Virus record (IMG/VR): IMGVR_UViG_3300028840_003357
Location: 1-61,703 of that record
Direction: 5' to 3' (one strand)
DNA from: a virus
Lineage: Duplodnaviria > Caudoviricetes
DNA: 61,703 nucleotides
Shown: piece after piece, positions 44,721 through 54,644 of the stretch
Position numbering within the stretch: the first letter of the stretch is position 1
Layout: every line of letters begins with the position of its first letter
Made by a program: the position numbers and the translations under genes
Notes under the pieces: model-generated
Seen by the model: only the letters and a program-made list of their open reading frames with translations
Databases searched by the model: none
What the model was told of the DNA's origin: nothing

Positions 44721-47344
44721 GTCACCTCTGTACATGTAGTCGGAAGCCGAAGAAACTGACGCTGAATCAGGTGGCGCGTTCTGCGGATCCGACTCGCACC
44801 ACCACTTTGAGGAACAGATTCGCGGCCGACCTGACTGGACGTTGGCGACGTATCGCTACTGCTGTGAGGAAGTCCATCGTTGATAACGATGCGTTGGGAC
44901 TGAAAGAAGGAGACGCACTATCGCACGAACTGGTCGGGTCGGCCCAATCTTTCGTGATGAACGTACAGCCCCTGCCGCCTGGAGCCTTCGCATTCAAGAC
45001 TAGCTCCGCGAAGGTGGAAGGATTCATGAACTGGCTGAACACCGAGATGGACAGAGAGGTCCTCGGCATAACGACGGGCGCCTCAAGACAGTCCGTCGGA
45101 CAGGCCGCCTGGGCGAACACCTACATCGACACCGCGTACAAGAGAGGAATGAGAAGAGCCGATGCCGAGCTGGCGAGGGCTGGAATCCTTCCGACGGGCG
45201 AGGCGTTGGCCTTTCCTATTGACGCCAGATTCCTTCAGCCGATACACGCGGATCGCGTCGGACTGATCTACACCAGAACCTTCTCGGAACTGAAGGGGAT
45301 CACCGACACGATGGACCAGGAGATCAGCAGGATATTGGCTCAGGGAATAGCCGAAGGAAGAGGACCGCAGTACATCGCAAGGCAGATGAACAAGGCGATC
45401 ACCGGAAAGGGACTGCCGTCCTTGGGAACAGGAAGGATGTCCGCCGTACAGAGATCGCGGATCCTCGCAAGGACGGAAGTCATACGGGCGCACCACGCCG
45501 CGACGATCAACATCTACAGAGAAGCACAGGTGGAAGGCGTGAAGGTGAAGGCGGAATGGGCGACAGCCGACGACGATCGCGTCTGTCCCGACTGCGGCTT
45601 CATGGAGGGAAGGATATTCACGCTGGACGAGATAGAGACGCTGATCCCCTTCCATCCGCAGTGCCGATGCGTGGCGTTGCCCAACGTCGGACAGAAGCCT
45701 GACGTCACCACGAAAGGCGAACGCTTCGACTACGTCGGTGACAGGTACAAGGCGAAGGACGGAACGTTCAGGCGAAGAGGATTCTACGAGCAGAGAACTG
45801 GCAAGACACTGCGCGGCGCTCCGAAGGCTGGAGCGAAGGTCAAGGGGACGCCGCCTTCCGCGGAAGAGCTGGCACGAAGGCAACGGGCAGCTGTTAGAGC
45901 GGCAAGGAGACGTGCGAGGGAAGCGGCGACACAGGCGAAGGTTGCTGGACCGACTCCACCCACGCCGATAGTTCCCCCAACCGCTCCGCCTCCGGCCGCA
46001 CCTCCGCCGACTCCCGCACCGCCTCCGGCCGCACCTCCGACGCCCACGGTGACCACGCCGACGAGTCCCAAGCTGTCCTTGGAGAATGCAACGAAGAGAC
46101 TGAAGGACAGATACGGCGTGACGGTGAACGTCAGCAAGCTTGGTCCGACAGCAGGAAAGAGATTTGCTAACGATGTGCTCGCGACATTAGATGACATCAG
46201 TGAGAGATTTCCAGCCTTCAAGTCGCAGATGAGCGCCAGGCAGTTTGGGAAGAAACCGCAACTGACTCCGCTGATAGGATCGAAAGGGAAATCGTTCATG
46301 GGAACTGGAGGCAACCCCCTGTCCGGACGATACTACACGGGCAACGTTCAGCTTGCTTCTGGAATGACGAGGAACGCGAAGGCGCTCAGGATCGGTGGAA
46401 AGGCTTGGGATGTTGGCGACGATTTCTTCTCTGTTACCAGGCATGAATTTGGTCATCGAGTCTACAGACCGAACAAGGAGGAGTGGCTGAAGCTGCATAA
46501 TGAACTTCGAGGCAACGTGTTCTTCAGTCAGAATGTGAGTTCGTACGCGGCAAGCAACGCAGACGAGGCCTTCGCCGAATGCTTCGCCGCCTACACGCAT
46601 CCAGACTACGGCAAGGCTGGGGTCAGGTTGCCTGCGAAGGTGGAGAAGTTCTTCGAACAGGCTTTCGGAAAAGCGAAGGTGACAGCTCCTCCTGCCGCAC
46701 CGCCTCCCGCTCCTGCTCCTACAGCACCGTCGGTGAAGGTTCCGAAGGCTTTTGACGAGAAGACTGCGACTGCGTTCGTCGAAGGCAACGGAAGCATAGT
46801 GGCGAAGAATGCCACAAAGGCTCAGCTGGAATCCGTTCTCAGCTACACGGAAGGAGACGCCCTGGGGATCAACCTGTCACTGCGCGCTTCGAATCAGAAG
46901 GAGGCTCTGGCGAGACTCAGTGCAAGAGAAAAGCAGATGATCAAAGACCTTGATGCCATGATGAAGAAAGCCCCTGAGCTGAGGAAGCCTTCTGTGGTGT
47001 TTAGGACAGTGGATCTCGGATCTGATGTAGCTGACGACTTCATAGGACCAGTCGGAAGCGAGTTCGTCGACGACGCATACGTGTCAACGACGCCTTCTCA
47101 GGAAGCATACAAGAAGATACTCAGAGATGCCGATGACATGTTTCAGATGTACAGGCCGGCTAATCTGAAGATTGTCCTGCCTGAGAACAGTCAGGGGATA
47201 GGTTTGGGCGAGTCCTTGCTTGGCGACGACGCGCCGTTCCTATATCAGAAGGAGTTCCTGCTGCCAAGAGGAACGCGATTCAGAGTCTTGGAGAGGAAAG
47301 TCGTGGCTGGTGTAGAAGAAATCACTTTGGAGGTCGTGACATGA
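44717..47344 (+). CDS. MuF/gp7-like minor head protein with zincin-like metallopeptidase and ADP-ribosyltransferase domains
   Basis: ARTE, D.RVCPDC, HPQCRC (MuF); Pro-rich linkers; HEFGH...S.YA....EAFAE.F; VFR, YVSTT, QKEFLLPRGTRF (ART). Confidence 0.85.
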   Translation: MSHLCTCSRKPKKLTLNQVARSADPTRTTTLRNRFAADLTGRWRRIATAVRKSIVDNDALGLKEGDALSHELVGSAQSFVMNVQPLPPGAFAFKTSSAKVEGFMNWLNTEMDREVLGITTGASRQSVGQAAWANTYIDTAYKRGMRRADAELARAGILPTGEALAFPIDARFLQPIHADRVGLIYTRTFSELKGITDTMDQEISRILAQGIAEGRGPQYIARQMNKAITGKGLPSLGTGRMSAVQRSRILARTEVIRAHHAATINIYREAQVEGVKVKAEWATADDDRVCPDCGFMEGRIFTLDEIETLIPFHPQCRCVALPNVGQKPDVTTKGERFDYVGDRYKAKDGTFRRRGFYEQRTGKTLRGAPKAGAKVKGTPPSAEELARRQRAAVRAARRRAREAATQAKVAGPTPPTPIVPPTAPPPAAPPPTPAPPPAAPPTPTVTTPTSPKLSLENATKRLKDRYGVTVNVSKLGPTAGKRFANDVLATLDDISERFPAFKSQMSARQFGKKPQLTPLIGSKGKSFMGTGGNPLSGRYYTGNVQLASGMTRNAKALRIGGKAWDVGDDFFSVTRHEFGHRVYRPNKEEWLKLHNELRGNVFFSQNVSSYAASNADEAFAECFAAYTHPDYGKAGVRLPAKVEKFFEQAFGKAKVTAPPAAPPPAPAPTAPSVKVPKAFDEKTATAFVEGNGSIVAKNATKAQLESVLSYTEGDALGINLSLRASNQKEALARLSAREKQMIKDLDAMMKKAPELRKPSVVFRTVDLGSDVADDFIGPVGSEFVDDAYVSTTPSQEAYKKILRDADDMFQMYRPANLKIVLPENSQGIGLGESLLGDDAPFLYQKEFLLPRGTRFRVLERKVVAGVEEITLEVVT

Positions 47345-47475
47345 CGACGAAGTCTGAGAAGGCGAGAAGGAATGTGACGAAGGCTGATAGAGCCTTGAAC
47401 TCGATGACGAAGTTCGTCTGGCTTTCAGGTCAGACGAAACAGGTCGAACCGAAGGTGGAGAAAGGAGCGAAATGA
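47341..47475 (+). CDS. Small protein coupled to MuF-ART (44 aa)
   Basis: GGAGG RBS; ATGA overlaps at both ends. Confidence 0.5.
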   Translation: MTTKSEKARRNVTKADRALNSMTKFVWLSGQTKQVEPKVEKGAK

Positions 47476-47678
47476 TTCCTCAACCAAAGTGTCATTCGCG
47501 TGGATGCATGAACTTCGGCGGAGCCAAGTGGCTCGGTGCTACAGAGGACAGCGAAGTGCTGGTCTGTCCCGCTTTTCCGGAGGGGATTCCAGACAGAATA
47601 GCCTTCGGAAAAGATAAGCACCTGGAAGTCGCTCCTGACCAGACAGGGGACATAATTTTTGAGAAGGCAAAGGAATGA
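47472..47678 (+). CDS. Small Cys-containing protein downstream of MuF (CPAFPEGIP motif)
   Basis: C....C...CPAFPEGIP..I....H....DQ...IIFE; AGGAG RBS. Confidence 0.7.
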   Translation: MIPQPKCHSRGCMNFGGAKWLGATEDSEVLVCPAFPEGIPDRIAFGKDKHLEVAPDQTGDIIFEKAKE

Positions 47679-47832
47679 GACACAACACGAATAGACCGAT
47701 GATGAAACGAAGAGCTGGAGACGCTAACCAGACCGCTCACCTCCGCTCTGCCAGTCGCGTCGGAGGCGGATTCAGTCCTGAGGGCGAGAAGAGATTCGCC
47801 GCGATCAAGTGGAAGTCGAAAGGAGGGAAGTG

Positions 47833-49914
47833 ATGGTCGTCAAGAAAGGAAATGCCTGGTGCGTTGTCCACGGCAGCCCGAAGAAAGCGGGAAGCAAGAC
47901 CGACAAGCCGAAGGGTACAGTCATCAAGTGCTTCAGCTTCTCGCCGGGGAATAAGGCAAGCGAGACGAAGGCGAGACAGAAGGCACAGGGACTTCACTAT
48001 CGAATAACTCATCCTGATGCGAAGTTCGACAAGGAACTGGAGGAACTACTCCAGAACGCGGGGTCGTGCGAACTGGTGATCAACGAGAGGCACACCAGCA
48101 AGCTGGCCGACGACGAGCCGCCGTGGGAAGAGGCGCAGAAAGACCTTCCGCTGAAGGCCAACGTCTGGCAGGCTCCGGGGACCGATGCTGAGGATCCAGA
48201 GACGTGGGACTACCCGCATCACTTCATCTGCAACGGCGAGATGCTCCTGCATCGCGAAGGCTTGACGGAGGCATGGAGGAGGGCGACGAGGGAATCCGCA
48301 CCTGCGTCTGTGATCCGTCACCTCGAGAAGCACGGAAAGACCATCGGACTGAACATGAAGACGAACGCGGAAGGACTCCGCCATCTGATGAGCAATCTCA
48401 TCCGACAGGAGGAGCTGAAGGGGAAAGACTATCTCGTCTGCCCGACCATCCTCATCTGCGAAGGCGTCCACAACAACCTGTTCTATCCTTCCGATGAGAT
48501 CGCGATGTTCCCAGATAGCTGGAACGGCAGACCGGTGGTCGTGGCACCGACGGGACATCCGAAGGAGAACGGCAAGCCTGTCACCGCAAGCAAGCCGAAG
48601 TACGTGGAGCAGATCGAGGTCGGCCGTCTGTTCAATTGCTTTTACGAGAACTCGAAGCTGAAGGGGGAAGTCTGGATCGACGTGGAGACCTGTTCGGAAC
48701 TCGCGCCGGAGATCCTCACGATGCTCGAGCAGAATCAAAACATCGAGGTCAGCACTGGCCTGTTCACTCAGAACGACCAGAAGCCTGGCGAATGGAATGG
48801 GGAAAAGTTCCTCGGCACCGTCTACAACTACAGACCCGATCACCTGGCTCTTCTGCCACACGACAAGGGAGCCTGTTCGTGGGAGGACGGTGGTGGTATG
48901 CCGAGGGTGAACAAGAAGGAAGGAGGAGAAGAGCCAGAAAAGGAGGGAAGCGTAGTGAAGAACATCAGGGAATGCTTCCAAGCTCTTGGCAAGGCTCTCG
49001 GCCTGCAGACCAACGAACTGAGCCACGACGCGATCAGGTCTGGACTCAGGGACGTGGTCGGCACCACTCTCAACCTCGGCACAGATGAGTTCCTGTTCGT
49101 TCACGACGTGTTCGACAAGCACTTCATCTACGGAGTCGAGGGGAAGGAGCAGGCGGCTCTGTTCAAGCAGGGATATGCTGTCAGCGCCAACGATGAGGTC
49201 GAGCTTGTCGGGGACAGGATGGAAGTGAAACCGAAGATGGAGTACGTTCCTGTGACCAATCAGGACGAGAACACTGGTGGCGCCGATGATCAGGGCGGCA
49301 CCGCAAACGAGGGAGGTCAGAAGATGACCCGAACCGAAAAGGTGAATGCTCTGATCGCGAACAGCGACTGGGGCGAGGACGACCGGGAGCTTCTCGAAGG
49401 CATGACCGACGAGCAGTTCGCTCGGGTGGAGGCTGCCGCTGAGAAGCCGCAGGTGAACGAGGACGAGGAGAACAAGGAAGGCGACGAAGAGAAGCCGGCC
49501 GAAGGCTCCGAGGAATCAGCGGAAGGCGAAGGGGAATCCAAGGACGAGGGCGAAGGGGAAGAGAAGTCCGAGGACGAACCTGAGGCCAACCAGGAGAAGG
49601 AGACCGTGGAAGATGTCATCGGGAACATCAAGGACCCCGCGGTCAGGGAGACCATCGAAAGGTCTGTCGCCAGGGACAAGGCGATAAAGGAATCGATGGT
49701 GAAGGAGCTGTCCGGCAACAAGTCTTGCCCGTACAGTGAGGACGAGCTGAAAGGCAAGTCCATTGACGAACTCGAGAAGCTGTTGACGCTCTCGGGATCA
49801 GCGAAAAAGGCAGTCGACTTCTCGGTGCGCGCACCGGCAGAGGTGACAGAGAACAAGGCAGAGGACGCCGTCCCTGCGATGCCGACTCTGTGCCCGAAAA
49901 AGAACGAGGGCTGA
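47833..49914 (+). CDS. Prohead protease/scaffold (DUF2213-like) with N-terminal extension
   Basis: EGVHN, WNGRPVV..HP, EVSTG, PDHLALLP..GACS..DG.G; acidic scaffold tail. Confidence 0.85.
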   Translation: MVVKKGNAWCVVHGSPKKAGSKTDKPKGTVIKCFSFSPGNKASETKARQKAQGLHYRITHPDAKFDKELEELLQNAGSCELVINERHTSKLADDEPPWEEAQKDLPLKANVWQAPGTDAEDPETWDYPHHFICNGEMLLHREGLTEAWRRATRESAPASVIRHLEKHGKTIGLNMKTNAEGLRHLMSNLIRQEELKGKDYLVCPTILICEGVHNNLFYPSDEIAMFPDSWNGRPVVVAPTGHPKENGKPVTASKPKYVEQIEVGRLFNCFYENSKLKGEVWIDVETCSELAPEILTMLEQNQNIEVSTGLFTQNDQKPGEWNGEKFLGTVYNYRPDHLALLPHDKGACSWEDGGGMPRVNKKEGGEEPEKEGSVVKNIRECFQALGKALGLQTNELSHDAIRSGLRDVVGTTLNLGTDEFLFVHDVFDKHFIYGVEGKEQAALFKQGYAVSANDEVELVGDRMEVKPKMEYVPVTNQDENTGGADDQGGTANEGGQKMTRTEKVNALIANSDWGEDDRELLEGMTDEQFARVEAAAEKPQVNEDEENKEGDEEKPAEGSEESAEGEGESKDEGEGEEKSEDEPEANQEKETVEDVIGNIKDPAVRETIERSVARDKAIKESMVKELSGNKSCPYSEDELKGKSIDELEKLLTLSGSAKKAVDFSVRAPAEVTENKAEDAVPAMPTLCPKKNEG

Positions 49915-49957
49915 GAACAAAGAGGAAGGGTGATCAAACTCGAAAGGAGGCAATTAG

Positions 49958-50398
49958 ATGCCAGTGAGGAATACGATCATCGTAATTGGGACCGGGATGC
50001 AGAGTGAAGCTGTCGCTGAGGCGGCAATCACTCCCGGTCAGGTTGTGGAACTTCTGTCCACCGGCAAGGTGCAGAAGAAAGCAACCGGAGGTACGATCGG
50101 GGAAAAGGCCGTCGCGATCGAAGACTACCTCCAGGGCAACACGGTCGCGGATGACTATTCCGCCGACGACAGAGTGCTGTACCGCGTCTTCAAGTCCGGA
50201 GATGAGACGTACTGCATTCTGGCCGATGGTGAGAACGTTGGAATCGGGGACACGCTTGCGTTTGCGGACGCAGGTGAGATGAAGGCCAACGGGACAACCA
50301 CGGATGTCGTGGTGGCAATAGCCATGGAAGCAGTGGACGCGAGCGACAGCGCGGCGACTCCGGTTGCCGACAGGCGCATCGTTGTTCGGTGGCTCTAA
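49958..50398 (+). CDS. Head decoration/cement protein
   Basis: AITPGQVVE...A.E...G....Y; directly upstream of the capsid gene. Confidence 0.7.
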   Translation: MPVRNTIIVIGTGMQSEAVAEAAITPGQVVELLSTGKVQKKATGGTIGEKAVAIEDYLQGNTVADDYSADDRVLYRVFKSGDETYCILADGENVGIGDTLAFADAGEMKANGTTTDVVVAIAMEAVDASDSAATPVADRRIVVRWL

Positions 50399-50425
50399 TC
50401 GCAACAAAGGGAAGGAGAAAGTTCA

Positions 50426-51418
50426 GTGAATAAAGAACTCCTGAAACAGATGATTGCGAACGGAGGCACGACGGCCCAGAAGCTCTTGATGAGCGGCATG
50501 GACGTGAACTCGCTTCGCACGAACGCCACCCTCCGCAAAGAGGAGTGGATTGAGTATGACACAGCGATCATCGAAGCAGCGCAGGACAGGCTCGTCGGCG
50601 TTGCGGATCTGCTGGGTCGCGGTCTCCGGTACACCTTGACCAACGGTCTTGGCAAAACTGTACTCGAGTCCGAGAACGTCGGGGATATGAGGGACGCGGA
50701 AGTCAACATGGACGGTGTGACCCGTGGCCAGAACGACGCGATCAACTACGAGATAGTTGGTCTGCCGCTCCCGATCATCCACAAAGACTACCAGATCTCC
50801 ATCAGGAAGCTGGCAGCGTCCCGGAACACCGGGGAACCACTCGACACCACGCAGGCTCGTCTCGCCTCTCGTAAGGTCGCCGACACCCAAGAGGATATTC
50901 TCTTCAACGGTTACGGCACCTTCGCATTCGGTGGCTACAACCTCTACGGATACACGAACTTCCCTGACAGGCTCACAGGTTCGATCTCCCAGTGGGAATC
51001 CGCCTCCACCGACGGTGCTGCTATCGTCTCCGAAGTTCTGGAGATGAAGCAGGAGGCTCTGGACAATAAGATGTACGGTCCGTTCATACTTTACATCCCG
51101 GCAGCCTACGAGACAAAGATGGATGAGGATTACTCATCGGACAAGGGTAGCAATACCATCCGTGAAAGAATCCTTCAGATATCGAACATCCAGGACGTTA
51201 AGGTCGCCGACAAGTTGGCGATCAACAACGTACTCCTGGTGCAGATGTCCATCGACGTGGTGCGGATGGTCGAGGGTCTTCCCCTCACCAACGTCGAGTG
51301 GCAGGAGCAGGGTGGCATGGTGTTCCTGTACAAGGTCATGACCATCTCGGTCCCCCAGATCAGGACGGACCAGGACGGGAACTGTGGCGTCGTACACTTC
51401 ACCTACGTCGCTCCGTAG
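50426..51418 (+). CDS. Major capsid protein (HK97 fold, encapsulin/linocin-like)
   Basis: LR..EW...D..I, LPLPIIHKD, R.L.ASR..G.PLD, E..LFNG, YGYTN.P.R. Confidence 0.9.
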   Translation: MNKELLKQMIANGGTTAQKLLMSGMDVNSLRTNATLRKEEWIEYDTAIIEAAQDRLVGVADLLGRGLRYTLTNGLGKTVLESENVGDMRDAEVNMDGVTRGQNDAINYEIVGLPLPIIHKDYQISIRKLAASRNTGEPLDTTQARLASRKVADTQEDILFNGYGTFAFGGYNLYGYTNFPDRLTGSISQWESASTDGAAIVSEVLEMKQEALDNKMYGPFILYIPAAYETKMDEDYSSDKGSNTIRERILQISNIQDVKVADKLAINNVLLVQMSIDVVRMVEGLPLTNVEWQEQGGMVFLYKVMTISVPQIRTDQDGNCGVVHFTYVAP

Positions 51419-51444
51419 CAGGCACCGTGAAGACACTTGGCAGA

Positions 51445-51500
51445 GTCCCTCCTAACCACGGAGGGACGAAGCCTTCAGAACAGAGAACCTAACCAGGGGG
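51445..51500 (+). promoter_or_regulatory. Tandem TAACCA-loop hairpins after the capsid gene
   Basis: GTCCCTCC-TAACCAC-GGAGGGAC (51445-51467) and CC-TAACCA-GG (51488) over the RBS of 51510. Confidence 0.55.
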
Positions 51501-51509
51501 AAAGTTGAA

Positions 51510-52031
51510 ATGAAATACAGAATCATAGCTGGAAAACACACTGTCAAGAATGAGGACGGCACAAGGACTCGTTTCGCGAAAGGATCGGTGATCGAGTCCG
51601 ACAAGCCTCTCGACGAGATCCATGAGAACAAGTTCGAGAGGGTCAGAGACGACGAAGAGACTTCTGAACCTGAAGCTGTGAATCAGCCAAGGAACACCAA
51701 GTCGATGAACACTCAGGCGGAAAAGCGCGAGGCGAGAGAAAAAGAGGACGCAAAGCGCTCCGCATCCGACGATGAGGGGTCCTCCCCGGCCGATGAGGAA
51801 GCCGAAGGAAGCGAGGAAGGAAAGGAAGCCGGTGAAGAGAGCTCGGCCGATGAGGAAGCCGACGAGGATCAGCCGGAGATCACCCTGAAGGCCATCCACC
51901 GCGGTCGCGGAAACTGGGACGTGGTGAAGGTCATTAACGGGGTGGAGACAGAAGAGAATGTCAACGAAGCATTTTTGAAAAAGGCAGCTGCCAAGGAGAT
52001 GGAAGAGGCAGGCTGGCCGATACCGGAGTAG
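51510..52031 (+). CDS. Acidic hypothetical protein after the capsid gene
   Basis: Two small domains joined by an acidic linker. Confidence 0.65.
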   Translation: MKYRIIAGKHTVKNEDGTRTRFAKGSVIESDKPLDEIHENKFERVRDDEETSEPEAVNQPRNTKSMNTQAEKREAREKEDAKRSASDDEGSSPADEEAEGSEEGKEAGEESSADEEADEDQPEITLKAIHRGRGNWDVVKVINGVETEENVNEAFLKKAAAKEMEEAGWPIPE

Positions 52032-52034
52032 AAC

Positions 52035-52682
52035 GTGTCAAGCATCTTGCCAGTGAAAGAGATTGACGAGAAGGTCTTTTGGATTCCTCCCGAGATCTGG
52101 CCTGGCGAGACTGTCTTCATAATTGGCGGAGGTCCCAGTCTGAGAGACTTTGACTGGGACCTCGTCTGCCGAGAGAAGATCATCGGTGCGAACGATGCCT
52201 ACATGCTTGGACCGTGGGTGGACTACAACATGTTCGCCGACAGCGGATGGTACTCGATGCACAGAAAGTTCTTCAGTGCGGCGACGGCAACGATGATCGG
52301 CATCACGAATCAGCCGCTGAGAAATAGATCGGTCAAGTGGGTGAAGAGGGCACAGCACGCCTATGGCGAGAGACCTTTCGAGATTCCGTGGTTCGGCAAC
52401 ACCGGGATGGCCTGTATCTGTCTTGCCGTGAAGTTCGGAGCCAAGCGCGTCTGTCTCCTTGGATTCGATATGAAGATCGACGAAGAATCTGGAGAGGCAA
52501 ACTGGCATGTGAATCAGTTGTCCTCTCCAAACGCTTCGGCGTACGCCAGGTTCATGAACTGGGGAAAGAAACTGAAGAAACTGATGGACGAGCACCATCC
52601 CGATGTAGAGATCCTCAACTGTAATCCTGACTCGGCGATGGACCTGTGGCCGAAAGTGAAAATAGAGGAGGTGCTGTCATGA
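52035..52682 (+). CDS. MptE/Maf (DUF115)-like nucleotide-sugar transferase-fold protein
   Basis: VFIIGGGPSL, IGAND, GNTG, GAKRVCLLGFDM, ILNCNP.S. Confidence 0.7.
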   Translation: MSSILPVKEIDEKVFWIPPEIWPGETVFIIGGGPSLRDFDWDLVCREKIIGANDAYMLGPWVDYNMFADSGWYSMHRKFFSAATATMIGITNQPLRNRSVKWVKRAQHAYGERPFEIPWFGNTGMACICLAVKFGAKRVCLLGFDMKIDEESGEANWHVNQLSSPNASAYARFMNWGKKLKKLMDEHHPDVEILNCNPDSAMDLWPKVKIEEVLS

Positions 52683-53359
52683 TCGATCCGATTCTGATAA
52701 CAGGATGCGCGAGGTCGGGAACCAGCATGACCGCTGGCATCATGGATCACTGCGGTGCCTTTGGAGGCAGAACGATACCGGGCGGCCACGCGAATCCGAA
52801 AGGCTTTTTTGAGAACAGGGAGATCCGAGAGAACCTTCTGAAGCCATATCTGATTCTGTGCGGGGCGGATCCGATGGGACAGAAGCCTCTTCCGGAGCTT
52901 CATCACCTCCTTCCGCTGGAGAATCTCAGGGCGAAGGTGGAGACCGTTATCAAATATCATGGGTACAAGGATGGTCCGTGGTACTACAAGGGAGCGAAGC
53001 TGTGTCTGGTCTGGCCGATCTGGCACAAAGCCTTTCCGGATGCGAAGTGGGTGATAGTCAGAAGGAACGACGAGGACATCATCAACTCCTGCATGAAGAC
53101 AGGCTTCATGAGAGCCTACAGAGATCCAGAGGGATGGCAGAAGTGGATTGACCATCACAAGAAACGATTTGAAGAGATGAAGGAGATCGGTCTCCAGGTC
53201 AGAGAAGTCTGGCCGACCAAGTTTGTCGAAGGAGATCATTCGGAGATACGCGAAACGGTGGAATGGCTTGGACTGACATTCGATGAAAAGATCGTCGAAG
53301 AGATCGTGGTGCCTAACAGGTTCAACCGCGGATCCGCCAAAGTGAGGAGGGCGTCCTGA
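52679..53359 (+). CDS. Sulfotransferase-fold protein
   Basis: PILITGCARSGTS (5'-PSB), NPKGFFE, FPDAKWVIVRR. Confidence 0.75.
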   Translation: MIDPILITGCARSGTSMTAGIMDHCGAFGGRTIPGGHANPKGFFENREIRENLLKPYLILCGADPMGQKPLPELHHLLPLENLRAKVETVIKYHGYKDGPWYYKGAKLCLVWPIWHKAFPDAKWVIVRRNDEDIINSCMKTGFMRAYRDPEGWQKWIDHHKKRFEEMKEIGLQVREVWPTKFVEGDHSEIRETVEWLGLTFDEKIVEEIVVPNRFNRGSAKVRRAS

Positions 53360-53787
53360 TGGCAAGAGTGACAGCAACAGAAGTGAAGCAGATTCTTGAT
53401 ACAAGCTTGGACGACGCGATCGTCGACGTGTTCATAATCGTCGGCAACCAGTTGACCGATAGCGTCGCCGACAATGACAGCGAGGGACTTCTTGACTCCG
53501 CCAGGCTGAAGGAGATAGAGAGGTGGCTCTCGGCTCACTTCACGGCGATAAGAGACGTGCGAGCCGACATGGAAAAAGCCGGCGACGTTTCGCAGTCTTT
53601 CCAGTACAAGGTTGACCTGAATTTGAACCAGACGCAATACGGTCAGCAGGCAATCCTTCTCGACATCACGGGATACTTGGCGAGGCTACAGAAGGAAGCT
53701 GAAGACGGAGGGAAGGTCAGGGCGAGCATGTACGCGATGGGCACGCCTGAGGATGAGTATCCGACGACCGAAGCACCGGAGGACTAA
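53359..53787 (+). CDS. Head-tail connector (adaptor)
   Basis: T..EVK.I, IERWLSAHF, T.YGQ.A..LD.TG; gene order. Confidence 0.7.
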   Translation: MARVTATEVKQILDTSLDDAIVDVFIIVGNQLTDSVADNDSEGLLDSARLKEIERWLSAHFTAIRDVRADMEKAGDVSQSFQYKVDLNLNQTQYGQQAILLDITGYLARLQKEAEDGGKVRASMYAMGTPEDEYPTTEAPED

Positions 53788-53790
53788 ACG

Positions 53791-54168
53791 ATGGGAATGA
53801 GGATCATCAGAACGATGCGGAGACAGAAGGCTGTCTATTGGGGCAACCCTTCGTCCGATGGCCGCGGTGGAGTTCAGGTTGATCTTCCCGTGGAGATAGA
53901 CTGTAGGTGGGTCGACACGAACGAACAGGTGAGAACCGCCAACGGAGAGGAAGTCACCTCCATGTCGAAGGTGTACTCGGACAGGGATCTGGAGATAGGC
54001 GGCTTCCTGAGGCTTGGAACGATAGCAGATTTGAATGGTGTCGAGGATCCAGAGGAGCTCGACGATGCGCACGAAATAATCAAGTTCGAAAAGCTGCCAG
54101 TTCTGAAGGTCAGAACCGACGGCTTGGATCCGAACGCAGACGAATATTTGAGGACAGCATGGCTCTGA
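53791..54168 (+). CDS. Head closure (stopper) protein
   Basis: AVYW..P..DG.G...P.EI.CRW; gene order. Confidence 0.65.
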   Translation: MGMRIIRTMRRQKAVYWGNPSSDGRGGVQVDLPVEIDCRWVDTNEQVRTANGEEVTSMSKVYSDRDLEIGGFLRLGTIADLNGVEDPEELDDAHEIIKFEKLPVLKVRTDGLDPNADEYLRTAWL

Positions 54169-54644
54169 TGACCATGGGGGCGTTGAGGGTGATAGACCTG
54201 GACAAGGCTCTTGCCTCTCTCCAGAGAGACATGATGAGAGTTCCGCAGTTGACGCTGAAGGGACTCATCAAGGGAGGCTTCATCATCCAGAGACAGGCAC
54301 AGAAGTTGACTCCAATCGACACTGGCAACCTTCGTGCTTCAGCCTTCACGATATGGGCGATGAAGACTGACGTTGAGGCTCCGAACTTCAGAGGGGAGAA
54401 GGGAAGAGAGATGGACATGCAACACGAGAAGGTGATCAGGCAGGAGAAGTCCAAGATGTCGACGAATCCTCTGAAGCCTGAGGTCGAAGTCGGATACACC
54501 GCGGCGTATGCCATCTTCGTTCATGAGAATCTTGACGCCAGACACAAGGTCGGTCAGGCGAAGTTCCTGGAGGCGGCGGTCGCCCTGAAGGCACCTGACG
54601 TCGTCGCCGCGGTGAAATCGGAATCAAGAAAGGCGCTGTTATGA
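54168..54644 (+). CDS. HK97 gp10-like neck/tail-completion protein
   Basis: TPIDTGNLRAS, VGYTAAYAIFVHE, GQAKFLE. Confidence 0.8.
   Translation: MTMGALRVIDLDKALASLQRDMMRVPQLTLKGLIKGGFIIQRQAQKLTPIDTGNLRASAFTIWAMKTDVEAPNFRGEKGREMDMQHEKVIRQEKSKMSTNPLKPEVEVGYTAAYAIFVHENLDARHKVGQAKFLEAAVALKAPDVVAAVKSESRKALL

Noticed and set aside
45950-46070. C-rich tandem repeats (CCGCCTCCGGCCGCACCT)
   Set aside because: They encode the Pro-rich MuF linker; not a CRISPR array or DGR repeat
47702-47833. 43-aa ORF coupled (TGATG) to the protease start
   Set aside because: Weak RBS and no motif; may be real but cannot be supported
50426-51418. Encapsulin/bacteriocin call
   Set aside because: Context of terminase, portal, protease, decoration and neck genes shows it is the phage major capsid protein
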